DNA of 62,326 nt, filler included. It is 4 parts of 4 records of this genome, joined end to end, with 100 filler letters (N's around TTAATTAATTAA, not from the genome) between each part and the next. Parts side by side here need not be neighbours in the genome. Positions count along the whole stretch, not along the records: positions 1 to 11,255 come from SRR31156797_6800; positions 11,356 to 25,665 come from SRR31156797_6804; 2 more parts are not named here. The stretch is one strand, 5' to 3'. Numbering within the stretch: the first letter of the stretch is position 1; the number at the start of each line of letters is the position of its first letter. The translations under genes and the position numbers were made by a program. The notes beneath the pieces were generated by a model. It was not told where the DNA came from, made no database searches, and saw only the letters and a list, made by a program, of their open reading frames with translations. Shown in pieces: positions 9,570 through 19,585 of the stretch.

Positions 9570-9989
9570 TTAAAAATCCTCCATGGTGATTTTCCGGGAA
9601 AAAAGCTCCTCGGCCCGGGATATCTGGATCTGGCCAAGCCGAACAAGGGTGTCATATTCTGCCTGAGTGCAGACATCGGCAGATAGGAGACTGGATAGCA
9701 TCGCAAGGACAACGGGAGATGAAAGGTCAAAGTGGGTGGCCTTATCGAACCGCAGGGCCAGGGCTTTGTTTTCGGCCAGGGCCAAATGATCAATCAAGTT
9801 TTCCAAGGTGGCATTGCCGATGTACTTGGTATAGATGTCATTAATTGAGTACAGGGCCTCATCGGGATTAGTGACCCAGGCCTTTGCCTCCGCCGATCCC
9901 GGGGCATTCAAGGCCGCCATAATGATTTTCTGACTGGCCCCTGAGAGTTCCGGGTGTGCATCTATTTCTGTTTGCAATCCTTCAAGCAT
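9570..9989 (-). CDS. Hypothetical phage protein
   Basis: 139-aa ORF with GAGGA RBS. Ends ISRAEELF. Confidence 0.6.
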   Translation of the reverse strand: MLEGLQTEIDAHPELSGASQKIIMAALNAPGSAEAKAWVTNPDEALYSINDIYTKYIGNATLENLIDHLALAENKALALRFDKATHFDLSSPVVLAMLSSLLSADVCTQAEYDTLVRLGQIQISRAEELFSRKITMEDF

Positions 9990-10010
9990 GATTATTCCTC
10001 ATATTCCTTA

Positions 10011-10553
10011 CTATTGTCTAAGCCGACTTGGCCTCAAAAGACTATTAACAGCCTTCCCAACATCGGCCCCGGTTTCCATATCTTCCACCATCAGCATTAT
10101 GGCCGCTTGCAGGCCGCCTGGGATATCATCGGCCGTGTCACCATATCCACACTTAAACTGCACAAAAACAGGGTCAAAACGTCTCAAGGCCGGCGCTTCA
10201 TCATAAATAATCCGGCCTTCATCGGTTCCGATGCCGGCCACATCATAATCATCCGAACTAATGATATTTTCATCACCATCCGAATCAAAATATTTTAAAC
10301 TGATAACGGATTGAAATTGTCCATACGGCAAAAAAGTGGTACCCATTTCATCCCAAGATTGAAAAATTGTTTCCCAAGTCTGAGTAATAAGGGCCCGCCC
10401 GGTTTTATTCGCAGCTTCATCAATCGCAGCGTTCAAATAAGGGACAAGACGATCATCATGAAGGATGTCATCCTTGTCAATTCGTAAATGCCCTTTCACG
10501 GCGTCAAGTGTTACGGCATCATTTTTAGGTTTTGTGATAAGCTTAGAAATCAT
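10011..10553 (-). CDS. Head-tail connector protein (gp6-like, phiE125 gp8 family)
   Basis: VTLDAVKGHLRID, TGRALITQTWE, LPYGQFQSVISLKY and GYGDTADDIPGGLQAAIMLMV motifs. Confidence 0.9.
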   Translation of the reverse strand: MISKLITKPKNDAVTLDAVKGHLRIDKDDILHDDRLVPYLNAAIDEAANKTGRALITQTWETIFQSWDEMGTTFLPYGQFQSVISLKYFDSDGDENIISSDDYDVAGIGTDEGRIIYDEAPALRRFDPVFVQFKCGYGDTADDIPGGLQAAIMLMVEDMETGADVGKAVNSLLRPSRLRQ

Positions 10554-10572
10554 ACGGGATCCATGGAGGTGG

Positions 10573-10600
10573 GCCCGCCCGGATAATAACCCAGGCGGGC
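10573..10600 (-). terminator. GC-rich stem-loop after the putative capsid decoration gene (terminator or mRNA stabiliser)
   Basis: GCCCGCCTGG-loop-CCGGGCGGGC on the minus strand. No strong U-tract. Confidence 0.35.
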
Positions 10601-10607
10601 GCAGGGA

Positions 10608-11054
10608 TTATGCTTCGTCCGGCTCGTTGGCAAGAACCAAATCAGCAATGGTCGCATCTTCGGCAACCGGTTTGGTCCTGGGACCGTTCAAAATACAAAT
10701 CAGGGAGCCAAAGGCGATATTGGCCGTGGCCGATTTCCGGACCGCCTGGATATACCGTTTCTGGGGGCGTCTGACTTCGACAACCAGCAGTTTCCCGTTC
10801 TGATCGTCATTGACGGCACAGGTGACCGTTGCCGTGGCATTGGCAAGGGCAGACATGCCAGTGTCAGAGTCATCATCATTTTGTTCAATGCCCAGACTTG
10901 CAACACCTGTGGCCACGCTGTCAGTGATAGGGGCAATGAAAGTGGCGGACTGATATCCGGCCATGTCAATCCGGTCAGAATTGTTGTCAATGGAATCGCC
11001 GGCAGTGACCGGGGCGCCGCATTCTTTAATTCCAAACTGCTTTACAAAATCCAT
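10608..11054 (-). CDS. Putative capsid decoration/cement protein
   Basis: Immediately after the major capsid gene. IDMAGYQSATF...KRYIQAV pattern of small beta-sandwich capsid-associated proteins. Confidence 0.55.
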   Translation of the reverse strand: MDFVKQFGIKECGAPVTAGDSIDNNSDRIDMAGYQSATFIAPITDSVATGVASLGIEQNDDDSDTGMSALANATATVTCAVNDDQNGKLLVVEVRRPQKRYIQAVRKSATANIAFGSLICILNGPRTKPVAEDATIADLVLANEPDEA

Positions 11055-11107
11055 ATTTTATTTTCCTTATAATGAATGGCCCCCATTTTACAGGGGGCCG
11101 ATAGAAA

Positions 11108-11254
11108 TCATCCCATTTTAACCCGGACAAAAGCTTCGGGGAGAACGGGCTGGCCGTCACCTTCATACCGGCCGATATAGCCGATCTGGTTGGTTTCTGC
11201 ATACAATTCCTTCAACACCTGGATTGCCATGTTCAGGCAATCCAGAATCCAGTA
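11108..11254 (-). CDS. HK97-fold major capsid protein, C-terminal fragment (contig break)
   Basis: YWILDCLNMAIQVLKELYAETNQIGYIGRYEGDGQPVLPEAFVRVKMG*, a typical HK97-family capsid C-terminus. Confidence 0.88.
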   Translation of the reverse strand, partial: YWILDCLNMAIQVLKELYAETNQIGYIGRYEGDGQPVLPEAFVRVKMG

Positions 11255-11255
11255 A

Positions 11256-11355
11256 NNNNNNNNNNNNNNNNNNNNNNNNNNNNNNNNNNNNNNNNNNNNT
11301 TAATTAATTAANNNNNNNNNNNNNNNNNNNNNNNNNNNNNNNNNNNNNNNNNNNN
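11256..11355. other. Artificial contig spacer
   Basis: N-run containing TTAATTAATTAA, which has stops in all six frames. Confidence 0.99.
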
Positions 11356-11445
11356 TGGATCGCTGCGCTCTCACAATCTATCCTTTTTCGTTAGGTGAAT
11401 CATTACTACCATATCAATTCACCTTAGAATAACTCATTGGATGAG

Positions 11446-13821
11446 TTACCTGTCAATTTCATTACGTATAGCTTTAGAGATGGTCTTTATTACGTATGGT
11501 TTTTTTATATATGTGCCCACTCCTAGCGCCATAGCTTTTTTAACTTTATCACTTTCTAAAAATCCGCTTGCAATAACAGCACGTTGCCCAGGTTTTAACT
11601 CAACAATTTTCTCATATGTTTCCATGCCATCCATACCAGCTCCTAGCATCATATCTAAAAGAAGAAGATCATAGTTAAGATGTTTGCATAGCATTACAGC
11701 TTCCTCTCCACTTTCAGCGGTTGTTACCTGATATCCTAAGTCTTCCAAAATATATGAGGCAATTTCTCGCTGTTCTTGTACATCATCGACGACGAGGATT
11801 TGCTCACCTTTTCCACCTAGGATCTGGCTCTGGTCTGATATTGTATACTTTTCCTGGCTTAATTTTCTGTCAACAGGGAAAAATAAAGAAAAGGTTGTGC
11901 CTTCAGAAACCACTGATTCGCAATCAACAAACCCTCCATGGTCTTTAATTGTTGCCCAGACAACGGCCATGCCAAGACCAGTTCCACTTTTCCCCATCTT
12001 TTTAGTAGTATAGAAAGGCTCAAAAATTTTCTCTTTGTGCTCAGGTGAAATCCCTTCTCCTTGGTCACATACTTTTATTAACGAATAACCGCCTTCTTCC
12101 ATTTCTTGAGATGTGATTGATTGGTCATCGATATAAATATTTTCTGATGTAATGCTTAAGTTACCTTTACCAGGCATTGATTCAAATCCGTTTAGGACAA
12201 GATTCATTAATGTTTTGTTCAAATGAACTGGCGACCCAGAAATAGGGAGCAGATTTTCGTCTAACTTAACATCTAACGTTATGCCAGGATTCTCCTCCTT
12301 CAATTTTAGGAATTCAGGACTTTGAATATAATCCTTGATTAACTTGTTCCAATTTACATGCTCTTTTGATATCAAACCACGACGAGCTAACGTTAATAGA
12401 TCCTGAACGATTGCCGCCGCTTTAACTCCGGATTTCTTAATCGTCTGTAATGGTTTGTAAAAAGAATCATTTTCATCAACTTGACTAAGAAGGAAATCTG
12501 GATAGCTCACTATTCCAGATAGAATATTATTCAGATCATGCGCAACACCACCAGCGAGAGTCCCTATCATTTCCATTTTTTCTGCTCTGTCGAGTTTTAA
12601 CTCTGTTTCCTTTCTTTGAGTAATCTCTTTTTCGAGCTCTTTTGTCCGTAGACGAATGGTTTCTTCCAGGTTCTCCTGATGGGCAGCCAGTTTTTCTTCC
12701 ACAGCTTTCCGAGCAACATTTTCGGCGTATAAACTGCCAACCATAGTATCAAGTTGGCTTATCATCGAGTTGAAGCTCACGCTCAACTCTGTAATCTCAT
12801 CACTTGACCTTGTAGATGTTGGAATACGTTTTTTGTAGTTGCCTTTTGCAACTTCTCTCATGCCATGAAGTATCACTCTAAGCCGATTAAGGATTCCCCA
12901 TCTAAACAGTGCGATTAAAATCATCGAGCTTAAAATAAGACTTATCATAGTGCCCATAATGGTTACTTTGGCAAGTTGCAGGAGGGGGAGCAGCGTAACA
13001 TCAAGCGATTGGCTGACGCCAAAATACCATCTGGTTTGCTTTAATTGCTTGAAAACATTCAGATGCTGGTCGTTATCTTTTTCATATATAAACTTACCAG
13101 CAGAACGTAATGAAATATTACTGAAAAAGTCATTTGTTATATTTTCAATTTTTTTTCGCTGAAGCTTAGTTGAATTCGCAACGATTTGGCCCATATGGTT
13201 GAGAAGGTAGGCATAATTTTTTTCTTTTTGCTTAAAATCGTCAACAAATAGTGAGCTTATGCGTATAGTCGGAATAACACCTGTTAGTACTCCAACTACT
13301 TCATCGTTAAAGATGATGGGAGAATTAACAGTGATGACCTGGTTTCCAGATGCCATATCAAGGATAATATCTGAAATCGAAGAGTTTCCCTGCATCGCTT
13401 CTTGATAATATCTTCGTCTGGAAATATTCACACCTTGGTGATCAGACAATTTTGAGCTGACGAGCAATTGTCCATTTGTGCCTGCAAGAAAAAGGATAGA
13501 ATAGTATGGATAGCCTTTTTCTAACAAGGCTAACATCTCATGTGCACCTTCTCTTGCACTCCTACCGTAATATCCGGTTTCCGTTAAAGCCTCTGTGAAA
13601 ACTTCCTGCAAGCGCCAGGTCTCTATGTCTATTTTCCTGTCAACCAACCAATTATCAATCATCTTGGCAGTCATTTCTACTTCATGCTGAAGACGCTCTG
13701 TCAGTTCATCTTGAAGTACAGACCTTGCTTTAAACTGTGAGAAAAATAAACTAATGCAAAAGATGATAGAAAATAAAAGGATAAGAGGATAGAGAACTAT
13801 TCTATTCAGCCCTGAAAACAT
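11446..13821 (-). CDS. Hybrid sensor histidine kinase (dCache-HAMP-HisKA-HATPase-REC)
   Basis: Two TM segments, GGVAHDLNN H-box, NLVLNG, DQGEGI, FYTTK..GTGLGM and C-terminal ILVVDD...LLLDMM. Confidence 0.93.
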   Translation of the reverse strand: MFSGLNRIVLYPLILLFSIIFCISLFFSQFKARSVLQDELTERLQHEVEMTAKMIDNWLVDRKIDIETWRLQEVFTEALTETGYYGRSAREGAHEMLALLEKGYPYYSILFLAGTNGQLLVSSKLSDHQGVNISRRRYYQEAMQGNSSISDIILDMASGNQVITVNSPIIFNDEVVGVLTGVIPTIRISSLFVDDFKQKEKNYAYLLNHMGQIVANSTKLQRKKIENITNDFFSNISLRSAGKFIYEKDNDQHLNVFKQLKQTRWYFGVSQSLDVTLLPLLQLAKVTIMGTMISLILSSMILIALFRWGILNRLRVILHGMREVAKGNYKKRIPTSTRSSDEITELSVSFNSMISQLDTMVGSLYAENVARKAVEEKLAAHQENLEETIRLRTKELEKEITQRKETELKLDRAEKMEMIGTLAGGVAHDLNNILSGIVSYPDFLLSQVDENDSFYKPLQTIKKSGVKAAAIVQDLLTLARRGLISKEHVNWNKLIKDYIQSPEFLKLKEENPGITLDVKLDENLLPISGSPVHLNKTLMNLVLNGFESMPGKGNLSITSENIYIDDQSITSQEMEEGGYSLIKVCDQGEGISPEHKEKIFEPFYTTKKMGKSGTGLGMAVVWATIKDHGGFVDCESVVSEGTTFSLFFPVDRKLSQEKYTISDQSQILGGKGEQILVVDDVQEQREIASYILEDLGYQVTTAESGEEAVMLCKHLNYDLLLLDMMLGAGMDGMETYEKIVELKPGQRAVIASGFLESDKVKKAMALGVGTYIKKPYVIKTISKAIRNEIDR

Positions 13822-13823
13822 TA

Positions 13824-14831
13824 CTAGCGAGCCAAGACGTCAGCACGTTTAATCAAACTGTGCTTAAGGTTAATATTTAAATATTCCGCTGTTTTCAGGT
13901 TAAGCTGAATTCTTCCTTTGGAGGTTGGTTTTACAATAAACGAATCAGGTGATTGACCGGCAAGTATACTCTTTGCCAGTTCACCGGCAGCATAGCCCTG
14001 CTCTTTCATTGAAACGCTTATGGCACACAGGATACCCGCGTTAGCGCTTGAATCGAAGAAACCTACCGTAGGTAATTTGGTTTGCGTGTTTAAATAATCT
14101 ATAAGTTCTGCTTCTGGTACTTTTTCTGTCATTTCACCATTCCTGGAAATCGTGCGAATGACGTATACCCCTATTGCATCAACTTTGTTTTTATACTTAT
14201 TTATTATTGACTGCCACTGTTCAAATGTTTCAGCTTGCTCATATGCAATCACATTTACAGGCAAATCAAGTGACTTAGCGTACTCAATAAATGCATCAGT
14301 AGTTGGCGACCTATCGCTTAACATCAACACGTTATTTATGCCTGGGACAATTTTTTTAACAAACTCTAATGATTCAATTATATTTGGCCGCTCAAGAACT
14401 CCAGTAACATTTTCGGCTGGGAATCCATAAATTTTCGGATCTTTATTCACACCACTAAAAACAAATACCGGAGCCCCTGCAATTCCAACGTAATCTTTTG
14501 CAAAATACTTTTGAGCATTGTCATCCATAGTTATAACTATGTCTGGCTCAAAATTCGAAACGATTTCTTTAGCATTGGCTCCAACTTCACGCTTCCACTC
14601 CTCAGAAGTCTTTCTCTTTGTATCCATATGATAATATTTAATATTCACCGACAGGCCTGACAGGGCCTCTTCAATGCCTTTAGTCATCTCAACAACATGG
14701 CCTTGCTGGGACTTATGATAACTATGAACAACTAAAATACGCTTTCCCTGGTTTGCGAGAACGTTTGTCGCATAAATAGCAAAAAAAAGACCTAAACTGG
14801 GTATTAAAAAAAATCGTAGTGGATTGATCAT
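13824..14831 (-). CDS. ABC-type substrate-binding protein (ABC_sub_bind family), sensor partner
   Basis: Signal peptide, ILVVHSYH, MDTKR, DDNA, VFSGVN, NVTGVLE and LNLKTAEYL motifs. Confidence 0.85.
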   Translation of the reverse strand: MINPLRFFLIPSLGLFFAIYATNVLANQGKRILVVHSYHKSQQGHVVEMTKGIEEALSGLSVNIKYYHMDTKRKTSEEWKREVGANAKEIVSNFEPDIVITMDDNAQKYFAKDYVGIAGAPVFVFSGVNKDPKIYGFPAENVTGVLERPNIIESLEFVKKIVPGINNVLMLSDRSPTTDAFIEYAKSLDLPVNVIAYEQAETFEQWQSIINKYKNKVDAIGVYVIRTISRNGEMTEKVPEAELIDYLNTQTKLPTVGFFDSSANAGILCAISVSMKEQGYAAGELAKSILAGQSPDSFIVKPTSKGRIQLNLKTAEYLNINLKHSLIKRADVLAR

Positions 14832-15520
14832 TGAGTGCTCTCGTGAAACCAACAAAATAACAACTGCTCTATAAACAATAAGTAATCAATCACACCTTGC
14901 TGTTTGGCAGTGTTCATCTTCATCGTTTTGCTTCAAAGCGAGTCATGCTATAAGATCCACCGAAGAAAACAGCCGGTTCCTATGTCGACAACGGCCTTGA
15001 TAACTAAGGATTAGTGTATGAAAAGATCCTCCCTAAAGTCAAATATATTCGAGCCCCATTTATCTAAACTGATGACATGTTTTTCCACATTTTTTCAGGA
15101 GCATAAACGGTATACAACCAACATGAATCGCATAATGTACATACACTTCTACTGTGCAGAGGCCGGAATGCATGTTATCGAAACGTTAAAATTTCCGGAG
15201 GCCTCAGCACCAAAATAGCCAAGATCGGTAACAAGTTTCACCGTTTCTTCTTTGAATTCGTTTGAGCATCTGCCTCGTTTTCGTTTGATGATGGATTACC
15301 TCCTCAAGAATTGTTATTTCACTCTTAAGAAAGAACCCATTAATTGGTTACCATGTCAAACATTACCTGTATATTCAACCTTGTCACCATATGGCGTGGT
15401 GAAGGAGGCACACATATCAAAAAAACCTCCAGCTACAAGTAAAGATGTATAAAGTTAAGAAGATCATTTAAAAACGATTCAACAGGCAAATAAAAGACGC
15501 AATTGTATCAAGGGGGAACC

Positions 15521-16402
15521 ATGGCATCAAAGCGATGGGTATTGGTTACAGGAGCATCAAGCGGTGTCGGTCGTGCAACCACTTTGCTCCTAGCAAACAA
15601 TGAATTTGAACTCTTGGCTACAGTTCGCAATGAGGCTGATGCGCATGTCCTTCAAAATCTGAACCCCGACCATATTCACCCTCTAATCCTTGAATTACAG
15701 GATCAGCAAATGGTACAAACTGCCGTGAACCAAGCAGGATGCAAAACGGGAAAAGACGGCTTATATGGACTGGTCAACTGTACGGCGATGCTCCACTGCG
15801 GTCCTTTGGAATATTTCCCCCGCAAACTATGGTTTGAGCAGTACGATGTTAATCTTTTCGGTCCGATGGCTCTCACTCAGGCCGTGCTGCCATTAATTCG
15901 TAAAGCCAACGGTAGAATTGTTAACATCGGTGCAGTTGGGGGAGGGATATCCCTGCCTTTCTACGGTGCCATTGCCACGTCAAAAATTGCATTTGAAGGT
16001 GTCACTGATTGCCTAAGGAGGGAATTACACCCTTTTGGTATACATGTATCAATTATAGAACCTGGCGGTATTGACACTCCTGCTAATTATAAGATGCGTG
16101 AGAGCGTCACTCGTTTTTTAAGTGATCTTGACCCAGTTGGGCAGGAGCGATACGGTGAAGCGATGGAGGATTTTTCGCAGTGGGCCTTTAAAATACACCA
16201 ACACAACCTTAAGCCAGAGAAAGTAGCCAAAACCGTCATGAAAGCACTCTCGGCTAGAAGGCCAAAAACCAGGTACCGCTTGGGGTGGGATTCCAGAGCG
16301 TCAGCCATACTCATGAAATTGCTCCCAGATCGCTGGTTCGATAAGATTATTCTCAAAATATCTAAACTGCCGATACGCTTTGGTGCTTGTCGAAATAACT
16401 AG
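15521..16402 (+). CDS. Short-chain dehydrogenase/reductase, atypical active site
   Basis: VTGASSGVG, VNLFG, LRREL.PFGI.VSIIEPG. GGGGGA RBS before ATG 15521. Confidence 0.9.
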   Translation: MASKRWVLVTGASSGVGRATTLLLANNEFELLATVRNEADAHVLQNLNPDHIHPLILELQDQQMVQTAVNQAGCKTGKDGLYGLVNCTAMLHCGPLEYFPRKLWFEQYDVNLFGPMALTQAVLPLIRKANGRIVNIGAVGGGISLPFYGAIATSKIAFEGVTDCLRRELHPFGIHVSIIEPGGIDTPANYKMRESVTRFLSDLDPVGQERYGEAMEDFSQWAFKIHQHNLKPEKVAKTVMKALSARRPKTRYRLGWDSRASAILMKLLPDRWFDKIILKISKLPIRFGACRNN

Positions 16403-16686
16403 ACTCAACTGATGAACGATGCAGGATCGAGGCAAAATTGATTATTTTTTGCTAGTATAAAGTTCCATTTTTCTCGGGTGAAAAGTATTGCTCCGGCAGA
16501 CGATCAATTTTTCAAACATAAAATGAATGCATTGAGAACCGAGTGTTACGTCATACAGTATGATGACAAATTTTAAATCTGATGCCTGAAAAGCGCGTCC
16601 AGTCGGAAAAGACTGACTTTACCGCATTGAGTCAGATGCATGGCGTTTCAAGGACCGATCCCCTTACCCCCAGACCATAGCTATCA

Positions 16687-18390
16687 ATGAAAACCCTGCC
16701 AAGCCAACTGATCTTTTTCTTCCGTCATAAAACAGCACGGCGAAACTTTGCCATGCTATGGAAATTTTTTACTTTTCTCTTTCTTATCATTTGTCTCTAC
16801 TCGGTACTGTTCCATGTGCTGATGATGTATGAAGGTCGCGACTTCAGCTGGGTCACCGGTTTCTACTGGACCATGACCGTCATGTCCACTCTCGGTTTCG
16901 GCGATATCACCTTCCACAGTGACCTTGGCCTCCTTTTCACCATGATTGTTCTCTTCTCCGGGGTGCTGTTTCTACTGATCATGATGCCGTTTATCTTTAT
17001 CCAGTTTTTTTACACCCCCTGGCTGGAAGCCCAGCAGCGGGCAAAGATCCCCAGAGTGTTGCCGGAATACATAAACGACCATGTCATACTGACCAGCCAT
17101 GATCCTATCTCCGTAAGACTGATCGAACGGTTGGCTAAATATGACATCCCATATTGCCTGGTAACACCCGACCACCAGCTGGCCAACGAACTTCATGACC
17201 TCGGCTACATGGTGGTGATTGGTGAGCCCGATAAACCGAGTACCTACCAAGCGCTGCGTATAGCCGATGCCTCTCTCGTGGTGGTCACCAATGACGACCT
17301 CTTCTCCACCAATATCTGCTTTACCATCAGGGAAGTGGACATGGTAGTACCCATCGTTACCAACGCCGACAGGGAACACTCACGCGATATCCTCGAATTT
17401 TCAGGAAACACAAGTGTTTTCCAGTTTACCAACATGCTTGGGAAGCGGCTCGCGAAACGAACCCAGGGAGTGGATACGACCGCCAATGTCATAGGTCGCC
17501 TTGAAGAACTTATGATCACAGAAATGCCGGTCAAAGAAAGCGAGTTGGCAGGCAAGACATTGCTTGAGACGGGTATAAGGAGCCTGACAGGTGTGACGGT
17601 GATCGGTTTAATGCAGAAAGGTGTCTTCAGCCCGTCAGCACCCAACACGGTCATGACAAAGGATACCATCTTGGTGCTGTCTGGAACGGTAAAACAACTT
17701 AAGACTTTTGAAAGTCGCTTCGGAGAGGATTGCTGCAAATCCGATGAATCCAACCATGTTCTGATACTAGGCGGAGGGCGGGTAGGGCTCTCTACTGCCG
17801 AGACCCTGGCCGAACACGACATAAATTACCGGATCGTTGAAAAACGCCCCATCAACAAAATCACTTATCAGAATGAGGACGATTGGATTATTGGCGATGC
17901 GGCAGACATTAAAACACTGAAAGCCGCTGGTATTCAAAAGGCGAGGTCCGTTATTGTCACCACCCATAGTGATGACATGAATATCTACCTGACATTTTAT
18001 TGTCGGCAGTTGAGGCCGGATATCCAGATCATCAGCCGTTCCATTCTCGAGCGCAACGTCTCCAAGCTTTATTCGGCAGGTGCCGATCAGGTTATGTCCT
18101 ACGCCTCCCTGGCGGCAGGAACCATATTCCAGTTGCTCAAACCCAATGAGGTTTCCCTGTTCATCGAAGGACTTATCGTATTCAACAGAAAAGCCGGTGC
18201 ATATTTCCATGGCCGTTCCATAATGGCGAGCGGGGTGCGGGACAAGACCGGCTGCAACATCGTTGCCCTTAGGCGAGACGGCCGCCTACAGGTCAGCCCC
18301 GAACCGGAGACCATTCTTGAAGCAAACGATGAGCTGATACTTATAGGCACTGCGGATAACGAGGATTTATTCATCAGGCTCACACAATAA
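16687..18390 (+). CDS. Potassium channel with TrkA-N/TrkA-C (RCK) domains
   Basis: STLGFGD selectivity filter, ILGGGRVG Rossmann motif, two TrkA-C-like segments. Confidence 0.92.
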   Translation: MKTLPSQLIFFFRHKTARRNFAMLWKFFTFLFLIICLYSVLFHVLMMYEGRDFSWVTGFYWTMTVMSTLGFGDITFHSDLGLLFTMIVLFSGVLFLLIMMPFIFIQFFYTPWLEAQQRAKIPRVLPEYINDHVILTSHDPISVRLIERLAKYDIPYCLVTPDHQLANELHDLGYMVVIGEPDKPSTYQALRIADASLVVVTNDDLFSTNICFTIREVDMVVPIVTNADREHSRDILEFSGNTSVFQFTNMLGKRLAKRTQGVDTTANVIGRLEELMITEMPVKESELAGKTLLETGIRSLTGVTVIGLMQKGVFSPSAPNTVMTKDTILVLSGTVKQLKTFESRFGEDCCKSDESNHVLILGGGRVGLSTAETLAEHDINYRIVEKRPINKITYQNEDDWIIGDAADIKTLKAAGIQKARSVIVTTHSDDMNIYLTFYCRQLRPDIQIISRSILERNVSKLYSAGADQVMSYASLAAGTIFQLLKPNEVSLFIEGLIVFNRKAGAYFHGRSIMASGVRDKTGCNIVALRRDGRLQVSPEPETILEANDELILIGTADNEDLFIRLTQ

Positions 18391-18542
18391 AAATGTGTAC
18401 CATTAAAAAAAACCTATCTCTTGTTAAAATAGCAGGCTTCTAAACTTAACATGCCTGGGACAGGCAGACTGAAACGGGGAAGATGTGATATCAAATCTGA
18501 GCCGCCACAATTGTGTTCTCTGCCGATTGAGTATATTGCGAG

Positions 18543-19319
18543 GTGAACGAATTGAAACAACTTTGCTGGTTTTTCCTACTCCCAATTGGGGCATACGTCG
18601 CACTGTGTCTTTATCTTTTCCTAGGACAGCGATCCATACTTTATTATCCTACACCCGTAACCACAAAAGCAGATGCGCCCCCCCTCTTCCTGACCAACGA
18701 AAACCACACCCTTAAAATCTTGTATGTAAATCGTTCAGCCGATAAAGCGCTTATATACTTTGGCGGTAATGCTGAAGACGTATCAGGATCTATCGGATAT
18801 CTAAAACCTCTGTTCCCAAACCATGATCTCTACCTGGCAAATTACAGGGGCTATGGCGGCAGCTCTGGGTCACCTTCAGAACAAGCACTGTTTTCCGATG
18901 CGGCAGTACTTTATGACCACATTAGCGGAAAATACAGTGAGAAAATCGTTAAAGGAAGAAGTCTCGGCAGCGGGGTGGCAATCCAATTGGCTGCAGAAAG
19001 AGATGTAGACAAGCTGATTTTGGTGACGCCTTACGACAGTATGGTGAATGTCGCACGGCACCACTATCCTTTTTTGCCGGTCTCGGCATTATTGAAAGAT
19101 AAATATGACTCCCTCAGTAAGGCAGGGTCCATCAGGATGCCCACCCTCGCACTTATAGCTGAACACGATGAAGTCATACCCCAGCAAAGCAGTGAAAATT
19201 TAATTCTAGCGTTACCTGAGGGGGTGATGAGAGTTGAAATTATCGCAGGTGCGGGACATAATAACATTGAGCAGTCACCGCAGTATGACCGCGCTATTAG
19301 ACAATTCTTAGGTCGTTGA
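18543..19319 (+). CDS. Alpha/beta hydrolase (ABHD13/BEM46-like)
   Basis: YFGGNAE, YRGYGGSSG.PSE, GRSLG nucleophile, DEVIP and GHN. Confidence 0.9.
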   Translation: MNELKQLCWFFLLPIGAYVALCLYLFLGQRSILYYPTPVTTKADAPPLFLTNENHTLKILYVNRSADKALIYFGGNAEDVSGSIGYLKPLFPNHDLYLANYRGYGGSSGSPSEQALFSDAAVLYDHISGKYSEKIVKGRSLGSGVAIQLAAERDVDKLILVTPYDSMVNVARHHYPFLPVSALLKDKYDSLSKAGSIRMPTLALIAEHDEVIPQQSSENLILALPEGVMRVEIIAGAGHNNIEQSPQYDRAIRQFLGR

Positions 19320-19585
19320 GTATAGCTCGCCTCCGCAATGCTGGAGAGAAGCTGCTGGCCCCAATACCAGTTCAACAACTGACTACCACAGTCTCGCCAC
19401 CTCCACCGCAGATACAGACTTTCGCTTTCCTATGCCAACAATTATCTCAAAAATTCACATCATCCCAGAGACACTGGTTTTAAAAGGAAAACCAACGAAC
19501 CAATCGCTTTCCCCCCCGACTCATGTATTCCAATAGCAAATTCAGTATAAAGCAAACAACTACATATAAACGAAGAGAATCCACT

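Noticed and set aside
11300-11311. TTAATTAATTAA palindrome repeated three times in the window
   Set aside because: It lies inside N-runs and is an artificial six-frame stop linker.
11356-11385. GGATCGCTGCGCTCTCACAAT at the contig start, resembling REP-like repeats
   Set aside because: Only a short single fragment is visible, so it cannot be established.
15018-15452. Two 66-aa ORFs upstream of the SDR
   Set aside because: No motifs or convincing RBS; probably intergenic.
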